In this document: one piece after another, positions 17,652 to 28,289 of the stretch
How positions within the stretch are numbered: position 1 is the first letter of the stretch
Layout of the letters: each line of letters starts with the position of its first letter
From: Candidatus Latescibacterota bacterium
Lineage (GTDB): Bacteria > Latescibacterota > UBA2968 > GCA-2709665
DNA length: 64,000 nt
Reading direction: 5' to 3'
Assembly (NCBI GenBank): GCA_963667175.2
Contig: CAXXXF010000006.1
Span: 320,001 to 384,000, forward strand
Translations under genes and position numbers: made by a program
Notes under the pieces: generated by a model
What the model was told of the DNA's origin: nothing
The model's database searches: none
What the model saw: the letters and a program-made list of their open reading frames with translations, nothing else

Positions 17652-18683
17652 TCAGGACAACCACTTCAGCAGGCGTAGCACGCCCTGTTTCACGGGATCC
17701 CGGTGGAGAGACCTCGCGCGCGCCGGGCCCGCCTGAGATCCGTGCTCGATAAACCAGTCGTAAGCCTCGATCAACGTCTCCACGTTGCCGTACCTGGGTC
17801 TCCAGCCAAGCTGTTTCTCGGACTCTGAGAGGTCGAAATAAAACGGCTTGTGGTACGTCAGGTAATGCCACGGGGCGAGCGGGCAGATTCTCAGAACATC
17901 CAGGACCTTCAGGGCAGACACGGTCAAGCCAACCGGCAGCCCCACGATTCCGGTCCTGCTGCCGGCATGCATGACGGTTGCGGCCAGGTCCTCGCGCAGC
18001 GTCGAATACCTCTCGGCGCCGACGTTGAATACCCCCTGCGTCTCCCGCTCCGCGCCCAGCAACGCGGCCGTCACGAGGTCGTCGACGTGAATGAACTGGA
18101 ACGGATTGTCACCCTTGCCGATGACGTAGATATTCCGGTTGTCGCGAATCCATTCGAACAGGATCTGAAAAATGCCCAGCCTGCCCGGTCCGAGGATGGT
18201 CCGCGGGCGAAGAATCAGGCTGGGCAACCCCTTTCGCGCGGCTCTCAGGACCACCTGCTCCGCGGCGAGCTTCGCACGGCCGTAAACCTCGACCGGCGCC
18301 GGCGGCGTGGCGCTTGTAATCGGACACGCGTCGGGGATGCCGAAGACCGCCGAGGACGACATGTGGATGAAAAGCCGGACACCGGCGTCGAGCGCGGCGT
18401 TTGCGGCGATCCTCGTGCCATTGACGTTGACGCCCCGGAATGCCGCGCCCGCCTTCGCCAGAGGCACCAGGGCGACGTTGTGGTGCACAAAGCGCACGCC
18501 CTTCATTGCGTCTCGCACGCCGCGCTCATCGCGTACGTCGCACGCCACAAACTCCGTGCCGGGCGGACGGTCCGGAGAATCGATGACGTCCAGAACCCGT
18601 ACGCTCTCACCCTCGGCGCGAAGCCGGCGGACGACGTGGCTTCCCAGAAAGCCCGAGCCGCCCGTTACCAGATGCATCGCCAT
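17652..18683 (-). CDS. NAD-dependent epimerase/dehydratase (extended SDR, 3-beta-HSD-like)
   Basis: TGGSGFLG, SSSAVFG, YGRAK, LRPRTILGPG, FIHVDDL. Confidence 0.9.
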   Translation of the reverse strand: MAMHLVTGGSGFLGSHVVRRLRAEGESVRVLDVIDSPDRPPGTEFVACDVRDERGVRDAMKGVRFVHHNVALVPLAKAGAAFRGVNVNGTRIAANAALDAGVRLFIHMSSSAVFGIPDACPITSATPPAPVEVYGRAKLAAEQVVLRAARKGLPSLILRPRTILGPGRLGIFQILFEWIRDNRNIYVIGKGDNPFQFIHVDDLVTAALLGAERETQGVFNVGAERYSTLREDLAATVMHAGSRTGIVGLPVGLTVSALKVLDVLRICPLAPWHYLTYHKPFYFDLSESEKQLGWRPRYGNVETLIEAYDWFIEHGSQAGPARARSLHRDPVKQGVLRLLKWLS

Positions 18684-19270
18684 GCGCCAGACCTGCCTGT
18701 GCCGACGCCGCGAACGACCTCCCGCGCCAGCGCGAAAATTTCGTAGACCACGTGCGCGGGTTTGATCCTGTAGTACCAGAGGCGGTCGACGATTCGTTCA
18801 TTGAAAAAAACCTTGAAGGGAACCCGGTGGACTCGAGCAATTCTGAAGCCCGACCTGGCGAAGCAGTAACGCGCCCGGTACGAGTGGATATCGGCGCAAA
18901 TCAGGTCGATGGGGCCCAGCGGCCATCGCCTGCGGTCGAGAAGGTACCTGCGCAGCAACTGCGCATTGCCGAACGTATCGACGTAGGCGGGTGACGCATA
19001 GACGGGACAGTGAATCTGCAGGCAATCCGACCTGGCGTTCAGATAATCTCGCGCGGCCTCCTGCTCATGGACGTCGCCGCCGAACCGGTTCGCCGGCGCC
19101 AGATACACGACGGAGCCCGACGCCGCAATCGACGCGACGTAGTCCAGCACCTGGCGAAAGAGAAAACTCGGCTCGGGAAGGGTCCTTCCATGGGCGTCTT
19201 TGGCCAGGCCTTCCGGCACGACAACCAGGGGCCTTCCCGTCAAGGCAGGAATCCCCGTTCGATACACCAT
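18665..19270 (-). CDS. YdcF/DUF218 (ElyC/SanA)-like protein
   Basis: EQEAARDYL...DTFGNA...LICADIHSYRARYCF...YE resembles the DUF218 core. Overlaps both neighbours; start uncertain (ORF track 19351). Confidence 0.6.
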   Translation of the reverse strand: MVYRTGIPALTGRPLVVVPEGLAKDAHGRTLPEPSFLFRQVLDYVASIAASGSVVYLAPANRFGGDVHEQEAARDYLNARSDCLQIHCPVYASPAYVDTFGNAQLLRRYLLDRRRWPLGPIDLICADIHSYRARYCFARSGFRIARVHRVPFKVFFNERIVDRLWYYRIKPAHVVYEIFALAREVVRGVGTGRSGAWRCIW

Positions 19271-20283
19271 TTGATGGACCGTCGCATGCCCTCCTCCAGG
19301 CCGATCCGCGGACAATAACCGAGTTCCCTTTCGGCCTTTTCGATCGAACACGCAATCGTCTTGTTCATCTCGGACAGGACGTGCACCTCCTGCCAGTAGA
19401 ATCCGGCGCGCTGTATCATCCAGTCGCAGACGGCGGCAACCTCACTGGCGATGGCGGGCAACCTCATCCGCCTGTGCGCCACGGGCAGATTGAATTCATG
19501 CTCCAGAAGGGTTTCAATCGTGTCAACCGTCTGGTTCATCGTGTAGGGCGTCCGGTCCGCGATCCAGTAGGTCTGACCGTTCGCTTCATCGATGCGGCCG
19601 GCGAGCAGAATGGCCTGGCAGAGATTGTCAATATAGGTCATCGAACGCCGGTTCTCTCCCCCGCCGACGACGGGAACACGCCCGTCCCGGATCATCTTGA
19701 AGAACCGCGTCTGACGCGGCGGCTGTCCCGGGCCGTAGAACCAGCAGGGACGGAGAACCGTGGTTTCCAGTTTTCCCGACGCGTGCGCCGCATTGACGAT
19801 ATCCTCGGCCAGCTTCTTCGACTTGCCATAGCTCAAGTATGGTCGATTCGGCGAATTTTCGTCGAACAGGCGATCGTTATCGGAGTGATGACCCGCCGGG
19901 CTGTTGGACGAAATCATCACCAGCCGTTTCACGCCCCGCTCCAGGGCGCCGTTGACGACGTTGCGTGCGCCGTCCGTATTCACGTCGTAAAAATCCCTGG
20001 CCCGCCTGGGATGAATGACACCGATGAGGTGAAAAAGCGTGGCGCCTTCGCATTCGGAAATAAACGGTTCGAGAGATTTCGCGTCGCGCACGTCACCCTC
20101 GACCACGCTGACCCTCCGGGAAAATCCTCGAAGCTCGTCCGAGTTCACGCCGTTCAATACCAGACATCGGACGTGGCGATCAGAATAGGGTTCCGTCAGC
20201 GACGGCATGCACGGCAGTCCATTGACGATCGCATCGACCAGACGCGTGCCCAGCCATCCGGGGGCGCCGGTAATCAGGATCAT
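19240..20283 (-). CDS. NAD-dependent epimerase/dehydratase (extended SDR)
   Basis: ITGAPGWLG, SSNS, YGKSK, LRPCWFYGPG, RSMTYIDNL. Confidence 0.9.
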   Translation of the reverse strand: MILITGAPGWLGTRLVDAIVNGLPCMPSLTEPYSDRHVRCLVLNGVNSDELRGFSRRVSVVEGDVRDAKSLEPFISECEGATLFHLIGVIHPRRARDFYDVNTDGARNVVNGALERGVKRLVMISSNSPAGHHSDNDRLFDENSPNRPYLSYGKSKKLAEDIVNAAHASGKLETTVLRPCWFYGPGQPPRQTRFFKMIRDGRVPVVGGGENRRSMTYIDNLCQAILLAGRIDEANGQTYWIADRTPYTMNQTVDTIETLLEHEFNLPVAHRRMRLPAIASEVAAVCDWMIQRAGFYWQEVHVLSEMNKTIACSIEKAERELGYCPRIGLEEGMRRSIKWCIERGFLP

Positions 20284-20349
20284 GCGCGAGACTTCCTTCC
20301 ATCCTTCACGTCCGGACCGTCCGATTTCACGGTCGGGCGGCAGGAGGCG

Positions 20350-20766
20350 TCAATCAACACGGGTCCCCACCCACTCGCTCCTGTTGCCGGTGATGTCCAC
20401 GACGTTTCCATCGGGATCAAGCACCTTGAACGAGACCGGCGGACGCACGTCGGGGTCGAACGGGTTGCGTTCCTTCACGTTTTCTCTCACGACTTCAGCG
20501 CCCCACGCCAGAATGCGTTCCCAGGTCGCGTCCAGGTCTTCCACGACCACGCCGAAATGGATATACTCATCTCCTTCCCGGAGCATGGGCCGATTCGAGC
20601 CGTCCGGCTGCTGGATCAGGGTGACGTTGTTCGTTCCGTCGCTCATATCCAGCGCGTCGCCGTGTGCGCGCCGCGCGATGAAACGCCAGCCGATCACTTC
20701 CTCGTAAAACCGCTTGGACCGTTCCATATCGGCGCAACGGAGCGCCAGGTGTCTCAACAGACCCAT
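20350..20766 (-). CDS. VOC/glyoxalase family protein
   Basis: LRHLALRCADMERSKRFY, HFGVVVEDLD, DPDGNVVDI. RBS AGGAGGA before ATG 20766. Confidence 0.88.
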   Translation of the reverse strand: MGLLRHLALRCADMERSKRFYEEVIGWRFIARRAHGDALDMSDGTNNVTLIQQPDGSNRPMLREGDEYIHFGVVVEDLDATWERILAWGAEVVRENVKERNPFDPDVRPPVSFKVLDPDGNVVDITGNRSEWVGTRVD

Positions 20767-20828
20767 GGTATCCTCCTGATTGGCAATTAGCGGGTCGAAT
20801 TTTCCGTGCGCTCGTGGCCGGGCGCCGC

Positions 20829-21821
20829 TCACCGGGCATCCGGAAGTACGCCCGCCGCCCTGAGAACGGTTTCCTGAACGATCAATTCATGGTCCAGTGA
20901 CCGGACCCTCGGTTTCCGGCCCCTGATCTCGGCAACCATCGAGCGCAGGCTTCCCACGTACCTCGGTTCGTTCGCCACGGGTACCGACTGCCATCCCTCG
21001 CTGAAGCCGTCGCGGGCCCGGTCCAGACAGAGGCGGACCTCGGGATCGGGCTCGAGCGGCTCCATGACGATGCTCCCGCGCGTGCCGTAGACTTCGAACC
21101 GGCGCGACGGAAAGGCGGACACTTCCAACGAGGACGACTCGACGATCGCCATCGCGTTGTCATATTCGAAAACCGCCGCCGTATTGTCCCTGAAAGCGGG
21201 CACGGCCCCCCGCTCGTTCCTGAGGAACGACGTGACCCTGTCGGGCCGTCCCAACACCGCCACGACGATATCCATGAGATGGCACAATAACTCGAACAGT
21301 ATGCCACCCTTGTGTACCGCCAGCGCCTCGCGTCTGTCATCGTCAACCAGCGTGGACATCCGCCCCCGAACGGAGAAAACGTCCCCGAGTCTGCCGGATT
21401 TCACGCAGTCCAGGATGAACTGAAACCCGGCGTTGTACCGGAACATATACCCCAGCTGCAGCAGCAGTCCCTTCTTCCGGGCCAGGGCGACCAGCCCCTG
21501 GAACGCCTCCCAGTCGTCACCCGCCGGTTTATCCAGCCAGACGTGCTTGCCGTGCTCCAACGCCTCCCGGGCGAATCCCAGATTCTGTGCGATCGCCCCT
21601 TCCACCGCAATCGCCGCGATCGAGTCGTCCTCGAGCATGTCCTCGCGGGTGGGGTACCAGTTGACATCCGCGTACGCCTCCCGCGCGCCTCTCGCGGCCG
21701 TTACGGTCGGGTCCGGCTCATAGACGCCGCAGAAATCCACGGCCGGATTCGCCTTCAGTACCGCCGCCTTTCCCGCGGCGTGCGAGTGCTGAATTCCGTA
21801 TTGCGCAAACCTGATTTTCAT
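20829..21821 (-). CDS. Gfo/Idh/MocA family oxidoreductase
   Basis: GKHVWLDKP, GYMFRYN, GGILFELLCHLMD. Confidence 0.88.
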   Translation of the reverse strand: MKIRFAQYGIQHSHAAGKAAVLKANPAVDFCGVYEPDPTVTAARGAREAYADVNWYPTREDMLEDDSIAAIAVEGAIAQNLGFAREALEHGKHVWLDKPAGDDWEAFQGLVALARKKGLLLQLGYMFRYNAGFQFILDCVKSGRLGDVFSVRGRMSTLVDDDRREALAVHKGGILFELLCHLMDIVVAVLGRPDRVTSFLRNERGAVPAFRDNTAAVFEYDNAMAIVESSSLEVSAFPSRRFEVYGTRGSIVMEPLEPDPEVRLCLDRARDGFSEGWQSVPVANEPRYVGSLRSMVAEIRGRKPRVRSLDHELIVQETVLRAAGVLPDAR

Positions 21822-21944
21822 GGTTCCCCCTGCCCCGTCAAATCGACTCGATTTCCGAAATGCTCCGCGCAGCTTGCTCCGGGAGCACCGGGACGTTCCA
21901 GCGTGTTGGATCCCGGCGGAACGGCAACGGCCCCGGAAGCCGTT

Positions 21945-22919
21945 TCAAAACGGCGTCTCCACGCCCAGTTCCGCCGCAATCCTCGCCAGATCCCTCTGGT
22001 GGTCCGGACCGATAGGAATCCCCTCCACGGCCCAGCTGTGCTCCCGTTCCCATTCCAGCGCCCCCGGAAGCAACGCGCGGTCCTCACCGGGAAACGGCCG
22101 GAGTCCTCGCACGCCAGCGATAAAGTCATCCATCTGCCGTTGAAACGCTTCCGTCGGCGCAAAACCGGAAATATCCACGGCCAGGATGAACGACCCCTGG
22201 TTCACGGCCGGCCATTCCGCGCCCTGCTCGTCGAACGTCTGAATTCCGGCCAGCAGGCCTCCCAGTGCGTGGCAGACGGCGCCCAGACCGAGACTCTTGA
22301 AGAACGACGAGGGCATGCGTTGAAAAACCGTTTCGAAGTCCGCGTCTCCGCCCAGCGCGACACCGGTTGACATATCCAGCACGAGCGGATGCTCCCCGCC
22401 CGATGGAATCGCAAAACTCATCGGCGACGCGCCATTGGCCAACATGATTCCCTGTCCGGACGGGAGGCGCCGGACGTGCGACGACACCACAAAGCCGGCC
22501 ATTCCTGCGGCTGAAATGACCCGGGAGTACTTGCCCGCAGCCCCGAAATGGAAATGGTTGCGCGTGACCACCGCCGCCAGTCCCGAGGCTCGAGCCTTTT
22601 CCACGGCGAGGTGCGCCGCCCGCCAGGAAGCAAAATGACCCATCCCGCCGTCGCCGTCGATCGTGCCCGTGGCCGGGGTCTGGCACACGACGGACACGTC
22701 CGGGTTCGGATTCAGGTCTCCATCGCGCAGGAGAGGCAGGTAGCGCGCGGACTGCCGCGTGCCGTGGCTGAACACGCCGCGAATATCCGTACCCACAAGA
22801 AGCGCCGCCATCAGCCGCGCCCGGTCCACGGACATCTCCACCTGCCGATACATCTCGAACACGAACTCGCGCATGCGCTCCGGCATCACCCGTACGAATT
22901 CCGCGGGAACGACGTTCAC
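21945..22919 (-). CDS. Ldh_2 (malate/L-lactate dehydrogenase-like) oxidoreductase
   Basis: DIRGVFSHG, DGDGGMGH, HFGAAGKY, PLVLDMST, LPGALE. Confidence 0.88.
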   Translation of the reverse strand: MNVVPAEFVRVMPERMREFVFEMYRQVEMSVDRARLMAALLVGTDIRGVFSHGTRQSARYLPLLRDGDLNPNPDVSVVCQTPATGTIDGDGGMGHFASWRAAHLAVEKARASGLAAVVTRNHFHFGAAGKYSRVISAAGMAGFVVSSHVRRLPSGQGIMLANGASPMSFAIPSGGEHPLVLDMSTGVALGGDADFETVFQRMPSSFFKSLGLGAVCHALGGLLAGIQTFDEQGAEWPAVNQGSFILAVDISGFAPTEAFQRQMDDFIAGVRGLRPFPGEDRALLPGALEWEREHSWAVEGIPIGPDHQRDLARIAAELGVETPF

Positions 22920-22967
22920 GCCATCTCCCTCCTGGTAGCAGCCGCGAGAGCAGGCGGAGACTGAACA

Positions 22968-23654
22968 CTACATGATTCCGAACCGGTCGAACGCTTCTCT
23001 CGAGGACATCCCGCCTTCAATCGCCTCCCGGACCCGGTTCTCACCCCTCACCTTGTCCAGCGCCCGGTGAATGACGTCGGGCACGGAACCGGACGGGACG
23101 ATCACCACGCCGTCCAGGTCGCCGAATACGATATCGCCGGGTGAGACCGCGGCTCCGTTTGAAAACTCAAGTGTACAGCGGTAGTCGACCACGCGCCCCC
23201 GAACCCGCTGGTCCTGCGCGTACCGACCGGCGCAGAACGTCGGAAAGTTCAATTCCAGGATGCCCCTGGTATCGCGGCTGAATCCGTCCAAGACGGCGCC
23301 CGCCGCGCCCAGCTTCAACGCTCTCGTACTCAACAGTTCACCCCAGAGCGCGTAGGTGGGCGACGCCCCCGTACAGATATAGACGTCGTTCGCGCCCAGA
23401 TCGTCGAGCGCCTCGAACATCAGGCCGAACGCCCGGTTGCCTTCCGCGGAACGGTCGTCCGGGTCCGTATAATCGGCCTCCAGGACCGGCATCGCGCGCC
23501 CCGCCACGACCATATCTTCTCGCAACGGCTGAATCTCCGGCGGCAGGAACTGCCTGACCAGGCCCGCCTTGTCCATCACGTCGCCGACCACGGCGGTGAA
23601 CAACTCCCGCTTCATCAACTCGAAAAGACCGGCGTCGTCGCGCCACTCCGCCAT
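22968..23654 (-). CDS. RraA/HMG-CHA aldolase family protein
   Basis: AVVGDVMD, ALWGELLS, GAVLDGFSRD, PGDIVFGDLDGVVIVP. Confidence 0.9.
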   Translation of the reverse strand: MAEWRDDAGLFELMKRELFTAVVGDVMDKAGLVRQFLPPEIQPLREDMVVAGRAMPVLEADYTDPDDRSAEGNRAFGLMFEALDDLGANDVYICTGASPTYALWGELLSTRALKLGAAGAVLDGFSRDTRGILELNFPTFCAGRYAQDQRVRGRVVDYRCTLEFSNGAAVSPGDIVFGDLDGVVIVPSGSVPDVIHRALDKVRGENRVREAIEGGMSSREAFDRFGIM

Positions 23655-23802
23655 AACGTGTCTTCCTTTACTCCGCGTTTACTCAAGCTTGCCGCACGGG
23701 GACCGAATGATCCGGCGATTGGAAGATACGCGCCACCGGCCCGATGATCAACGGTTTTGTGACCGCGCGCATCGTGACGGCCCACGTCCCCGTTGATAGG
23801 GG

Positions 23803-23831
23803 TTGACTTGCGGTTCCGGCCCGCCTATCAT
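23803..23831 (+). promoter_or_regulatory. Sigma70-type promoter
   Basis: TTGACT, 17 bp, TATCAT, upstream of ATG 23870. Confidence 0.6.
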
Positions 23832-23869
23832 ATCGCCCGTCGGTCGCCCCCGCCACAGAGGAACACCCC

Positions 23870-25276
23870 ATGTCCCACAGCAGCCTCTTCACGTACCGTA
23901 CCCACGGCGGTGTCTGCGCCGGCGAGACATGGATTTACGATCACGACGAGCCCATCGCGCGCCTTGAAGACAAAGTGATCGAACAGCCGGAACAGAACCT
24001 GCGTTATTTCAACGGAAACGCCAAACCCGTCAATTTGCGGGACCTGAAGCTGGCCCCCGGCGGGCGTCCTCTCGTGTGCGGCGTGCAGATGTTCTGGGTA
24101 TTCCAGCACCGTGTGCTTGCCACCACGAATCTCATCGATATCCGGGTGGCGGGCCAGGAAACCGACCGCCTCGTCCTCACGGTGATCACCGCGGACCCGG
24201 GCGGCGTGGCCACCTCGCGCCGTGTGCTCACGTTAACCTACGACGCCGAACTGGCATCGTATATCTACGACTTCAAAGCCCATCTGGATATCCACAGTCC
24301 GGAAGCGCTGGACGGTGACGAGAACGTCCATTTCGAGTATTGCGACCCCTGGTACAACGACGTCCCCGGACCGACCGTCGAGTTCCCGGGGATGTGGCGG
24401 AAACGATACTCGCGTCTCCTGGCGGAAACAGGAGACGGGTCCATCTGGCAGATGCCGCTCAACCACATGGCGACCGGCATTCCGGGCCCCCGATCGCTCA
24501 AGCCGGACGGGGTTCTCGTTCTGGCCGACGATCCGGGAAACAATCCGGCGTTCGAGTTTTCGGGCGACACCGCCGCACGCACGACGGTTGGCGTGTGCAA
24601 CTGGGGATACGACGTCCATTTCGCCGGTCACTACACGCGCGACGAACTCTACGCGCCTCTGTGTGAGCGCTTTCGCATCCGACTCTGTCCGGACAGGAAC
24701 GTGGCGCAGATGATGGCTCGGGCGGAACCCGTTCCCAAAGTCGCGTACAACGGCTTCGAGGAACTTCCCCTTTACGAGCGCAAAACCAGTTTCTCCAACG
24801 GACTGCAACTCAACAGACCCACCACGGGCGACACCGATCCCTGGCCCTGGCTTCCGGAGGGAGAGGGCGCGGAATGGTGCAGGGATCACGGCCGCGCCGA
24901 CCTTTTCTCACTTAAAGTCAGCAAACGGTCGGACGGGCCCACCGAGTGGGTCATGGACCGCGAAAGCGACGGCGCCTGGACCGATCGATGGACCCTTTCA
25001 ACCGGCTTTCGCGTAACCGTGTACATCAAAACCGAAAACGTCCGGGGGCGCGGCGCCTTTCTGGCCTTGCGCTGGGGCATCTTCAACGAACCCGAAAAAT
25101 ATCCGTACGTCTGCTCGCGTAAGCTCACCGGTACCCATGACTGGACGCGGGTCAGCGTAGAGATCCGCGGACCTTCACCGCCGGACAGCGGCGCCGTCTA
25201 CCTCATCCTGCGCCAGGACGGCAGGGGCACAAGCTGGTTCGACGATCTGGAAGTCGAACCCCTGCGGGCCCGTTGA
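23870..25276 (+). CDS. Hypothetical protein with C-terminal CBM4/9-like jelly-roll domain
   Basis: RBS GAGGA; C-terminal YIKTENV...GTHDWTRVSV...GTSWFDDL; N-terminal part unrecognised. Confidence 0.7.
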   Translation: MSHSSLFTYRTHGGVCAGETWIYDHDEPIARLEDKVIEQPEQNLRYFNGNAKPVNLRDLKLAPGGRPLVCGVQMFWVFQHRVLATTNLIDIRVAGQETDRLVLTVITADPGGVATSRRVLTLTYDAELASYIYDFKAHLDIHSPEALDGDENVHFEYCDPWYNDVPGPTVEFPGMWRKRYSRLLAETGDGSIWQMPLNHMATGIPGPRSLKPDGVLVLADDPGNNPAFEFSGDTAARTTVGVCNWGYDVHFAGHYTRDELYAPLCERFRIRLCPDRNVAQMMARAEPVPKVAYNGFEELPLYERKTSFSNGLQLNRPTTGDTDPWPWLPEGEGAEWCRDHGRADLFSLKVSKRSDGPTEWVMDRESDGAWTDRWTLSTGFRVTVYIKTENVRGRGAFLALRWGIFNEPEKYPYVCSRKLTGTHDWTRVSVEIRGPSPPDSGAVYLILRQDGRGTSWFDDLEVEPLRAR

Positions 25277-25376
25277 AAGCTCCAAACGGGGCTGCGGCCG
25301 GCATTGGGCGTCGGAGTCCGGAAGGATTCCCGGCGCCGAACCCGGGCAGTCCGACGGCAAGGGAACCTTCAATCCC

Positions 25377-26645
25377 ATGAAGACCAGCACCGACGTCCTC
25401 ATTATCGGCGGCGGCTCCATCGGCGTCTGCACCGCCCACTATCTGTCGGAAGTGGGAAGGGACGTAGTCCTCGTCGACAAAACCGACGTCTGCGCGGGCA
25501 GTTCTTACGGCAACCAGGGCCTGATCGTTCCCAGTCACAGCATTCCGCTTGCCGCCCCCGGGGTTATCGGGAAAGCGCTCAAGTGGATGTTCGATCCCGG
25601 GAGCCCGTTCTACGTCAAGCCACGGCTGGACCCGGACCTTATCGCATGGCTGTGGCAGTTTCAAGCCGCCTGTACCCCGGCGCGGATGCAGCCGTCCCTG
25701 GCCGCCTTGAGAGACCTCAACCTGGCCAGCGTACAGCTCTTCGCGGAAATCGCCGCCATCGACGGCCTGGATTTCAGCTTCAGGGAAAATGGCGGCCTTA
25801 TGGTTTACGGGACCGAAAAGGGACTTGAGGGTGGCATCCGGGAGGCCGGCCTCCTGTCTGAAAGAGGCATCCGTACGGAAATCCTCGACACGGACGGCCT
25901 CCGAAGGCTGGACCCCGCGGCCAACTACAATGCCGCGGGCGCCGTGTACTATCCGCAGGACGCCCACCTCGTTCCCTCAAAATTCGTTACGGAACTCGCC
26001 CGGCACGTTGCCGAAGACGGCAAGCGCGTCAGGATTCATCCTTCGACGGAGGTCATCGGCTTCCAGGGACGAAACCGCAGGATCCGGACGGTCATAACCA
26101 CGCGGGGCGAGTTCAGCACGAAGGAAGTCGTACTCGCCGGCGGCGCGTGGTCGCCGGGCATCGCCTCGGAACTCGGCATTAAACTGCCGATCCAGGCGGC
26201 CAAAGGCTACAGCGTCACTTTCGAACGACCGGACCGGTGCCCCTCGATTCCGGCCTCGCTCTCAGAAGCCAAGGTTGCCGTCACGCCCATGGGCGACATG
26301 CTGCGGTTTGGCGGCACCCTGGAACTGGCCGGGATGGACATGTCCATCAACAAACGGCGCGTGGCGGCCATCCTCGACGCCGTACCACGCTATCTGCCCG
26401 ACCTGAATCCGAACAGACTGAAACACATCGAAACATGGCGCGGCCTCCGGCCCTGCACCCCGGACGGCCTGCCTTTTCTGGGACGCAGTCCGACGTACGA
26501 TAACCTCACCATTGCGGCCGGACACGCCATGATTGGAATCTCGCTGGGACCCATTACCGGAAAACTCGTCTCGCAGGTGGTCACAGGCCGGACGCCCTCC
26601 ATCGACCTGGCACCCCTGCGGGTGGACAGATTCGCCAATTATTAG
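25377..26645 (+). CDS. FAD-dependent D-amino acid dehydrogenase (DadA/DAO family)
   Basis: IIGGGSIG, SSYGNQG, AKGYS, WRGLRPCTPDGLP, AAGHAMIG. Confidence 0.9.
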   Translation: MKTSTDVLIIGGGSIGVCTAHYLSEVGRDVVLVDKTDVCAGSSYGNQGLIVPSHSIPLAAPGVIGKALKWMFDPGSPFYVKPRLDPDLIAWLWQFQAACTPARMQPSLAALRDLNLASVQLFAEIAAIDGLDFSFRENGGLMVYGTEKGLEGGIREAGLLSERGIRTEILDTDGLRRLDPAANYNAAGAVYYPQDAHLVPSKFVTELARHVAEDGKRVRIHPSTEVIGFQGRNRRIRTVITTRGEFSTKEVVLAGGAWSPGIASELGIKLPIQAAKGYSVTFERPDRCPSIPASLSEAKVAVTPMGDMLRFGGTLELAGMDMSINKRRVAAILDAVPRYLPDLNPNRLKHIETWRGLRPCTPDGLPFLGRSPTYDNLTIAAGHAMIGISLGPITGKLVSQVVTGRTPSIDLAPLRVDRFANY

Positions 26646-26756
26646 ACCTGCGGGGGAGAACAAGGGCACACAGACGCAGGCGCCCCGCAACCGGCACAGC
26701 GCCCGCGCGATCGCTGAATCGCCCGTCCGAACCGGAAAACCAACGAAAGGTCGCGT

Positions 26757-28235
26757 ATGCCCGATTTCATCCGTTCCGACAAACCCAATGTACTGCTGAT
26801 CTGTACCGATCACTGGAGCGGGATGCTCACCGGCGAGGCGGGCCATCCCGTCGTCTCCACGCCGACGATCGACCATCTGGCCAGGTGCGGAGTCTCCTAC
26901 ACGAATGCCTATTCCGCATGCCCCTCCTGTATACCCGCCCGCCGCTCCCTGTTCACCGGCATGAGCCCGAAGGCAAACGGCATGCGCTCGTTTGTCGACG
27001 GCGTTGACTTTCCCGATGCGCCCACGCTCGCTCAGTGCTTTCGCGACGCGGGATATCAGGCCTACGCCGTGGGGAAACTGCACGTCTATCCTCAGCGCCA
27101 CCGGATCGGCTTCGACGACGTCCTCGTGGAGGAGCAGGGCCGCCACATTCATCACGACGTTCCGGATGGCATGGCCGACGACTATGAGCTCTTCCTGGCC
27201 GAACAGGGGTACGGAGGACAGGAGTACGCCAGCGGGATGACACAGAACGAATACATCGCCCGCGCCTGGCACCTGCCCGAGTACTGCCATCCGATAAACT
27301 GGGCGGCCAGGGAAATGTGCAAGACCATCCGCAGGCGGGATCCGCGAAAGCCCGGCTTCTGGTACCTCTCCTTTTCGGCGCCGCATCCGCCCACGACGCC
27401 GCTGCAAACCTACCTGGATCTCTACCGGGATGCGACCCTCGACGAACCGGCCAACGGTAACTGGTCGGAGAACTTCGATGACCTTCCCTACCATATCAAG
27501 ACACTCAGCAACCCGGACAACCTTGCGATGGCGCGCGCCAAGCGCCATGAGTGGGAATTCTCGCGCCGCGCCTATTACGCAACGCTCACCCATATCGACC
27601 ATCAGATCCGGATCGTCATCGGATACCTGCGGGAATGCGGGCTCCTTGACAACACGATCGTCGTCTTTACGAGCGACCACGGCCACATGGTCGGAGAACA
27701 CGGACTGTGGTGTATGACGCCGTTTTACGAAATGTCCGCCAAAATACCGCTGGTCGTCATGCCCGTGAAGGGAGACGCTCGTCTTCCCGCCGGAACACGT
27801 GACGGCCGCCTGGCCGAGTTCGCCGATATCATGCCGACCCTGCTGGACCTGACGGGCGTTCCCATCCCGGACCAGGTCGACCGGCAGAGTCTGGCAGGCG
27901 ACCGGCGCCGCGACGAACTCTACGGCGAACACGGAGAAGGGTCAGCGGCGATGCGCATGGTACACGATGGACGATTCAAACTCATTTACTATCCCGTAGG
28001 AAACCAGGCTCAGCTTTTCGACGTCGAAAATGACCCGCGGGAAACGCGGGACCTCGCCGGGGATGCCGGCCACGCCGGCATCCTTGTCCGATTAAAGAAT
28101 CGTCTCGTCGGGAACCTCTACGGCGAAGATCTCAACTGGCTCGAGGACGGCGAACTCGTCGGCCTTCCCGCCAGGGAATACGTACCCTCGGCCAAGCGTG
28201 CGATGCGCGGCCAGCGCGGCCTTCGGTATATGTGA
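26757..28235 (+). CDS. Formylglycine-dependent sulfatase (S1, choline-sulfatase-like)
   Basis: KPNVLLICTD, CIPARRSLFTG (CxPxR), GKLH, APHPP, SDHG. Confidence 0.93.
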   Translation: MPDFIRSDKPNVLLICTDHWSGMLTGEAGHPVVSTPTIDHLARCGVSYTNAYSACPSCIPARRSLFTGMSPKANGMRSFVDGVDFPDAPTLAQCFRDAGYQAYAVGKLHVYPQRHRIGFDDVLVEEQGRHIHHDVPDGMADDYELFLAEQGYGGQEYASGMTQNEYIARAWHLPEYCHPINWAAREMCKTIRRRDPRKPGFWYLSFSAPHPPTTPLQTYLDLYRDATLDEPANGNWSENFDDLPYHIKTLSNPDNLAMARAKRHEWEFSRRAYYATLTHIDHQIRIVIGYLRECGLLDNTIVVFTSDHGHMVGEHGLWCMTPFYEMSAKIPLVVMPVKGDARLPAGTRDGRLAEFADIMPTLLDLTGVPIPDQVDRQSLAGDRRRDELYGEHGEGSAAMRMVHDGRFKLIYYPVGNQAQLFDVENDPRETRDLAGDAGHAGILVRLKNRLVGNLYGEDLNWLEDGELVGLPAREYVPSAKRAMRGQRGLRYM

Positions 28236-28289
28236 CCGGCTTCGCCGCGAGACGCACACAACGCGGTCGCCCACCGGAAGGAGCCCTGC

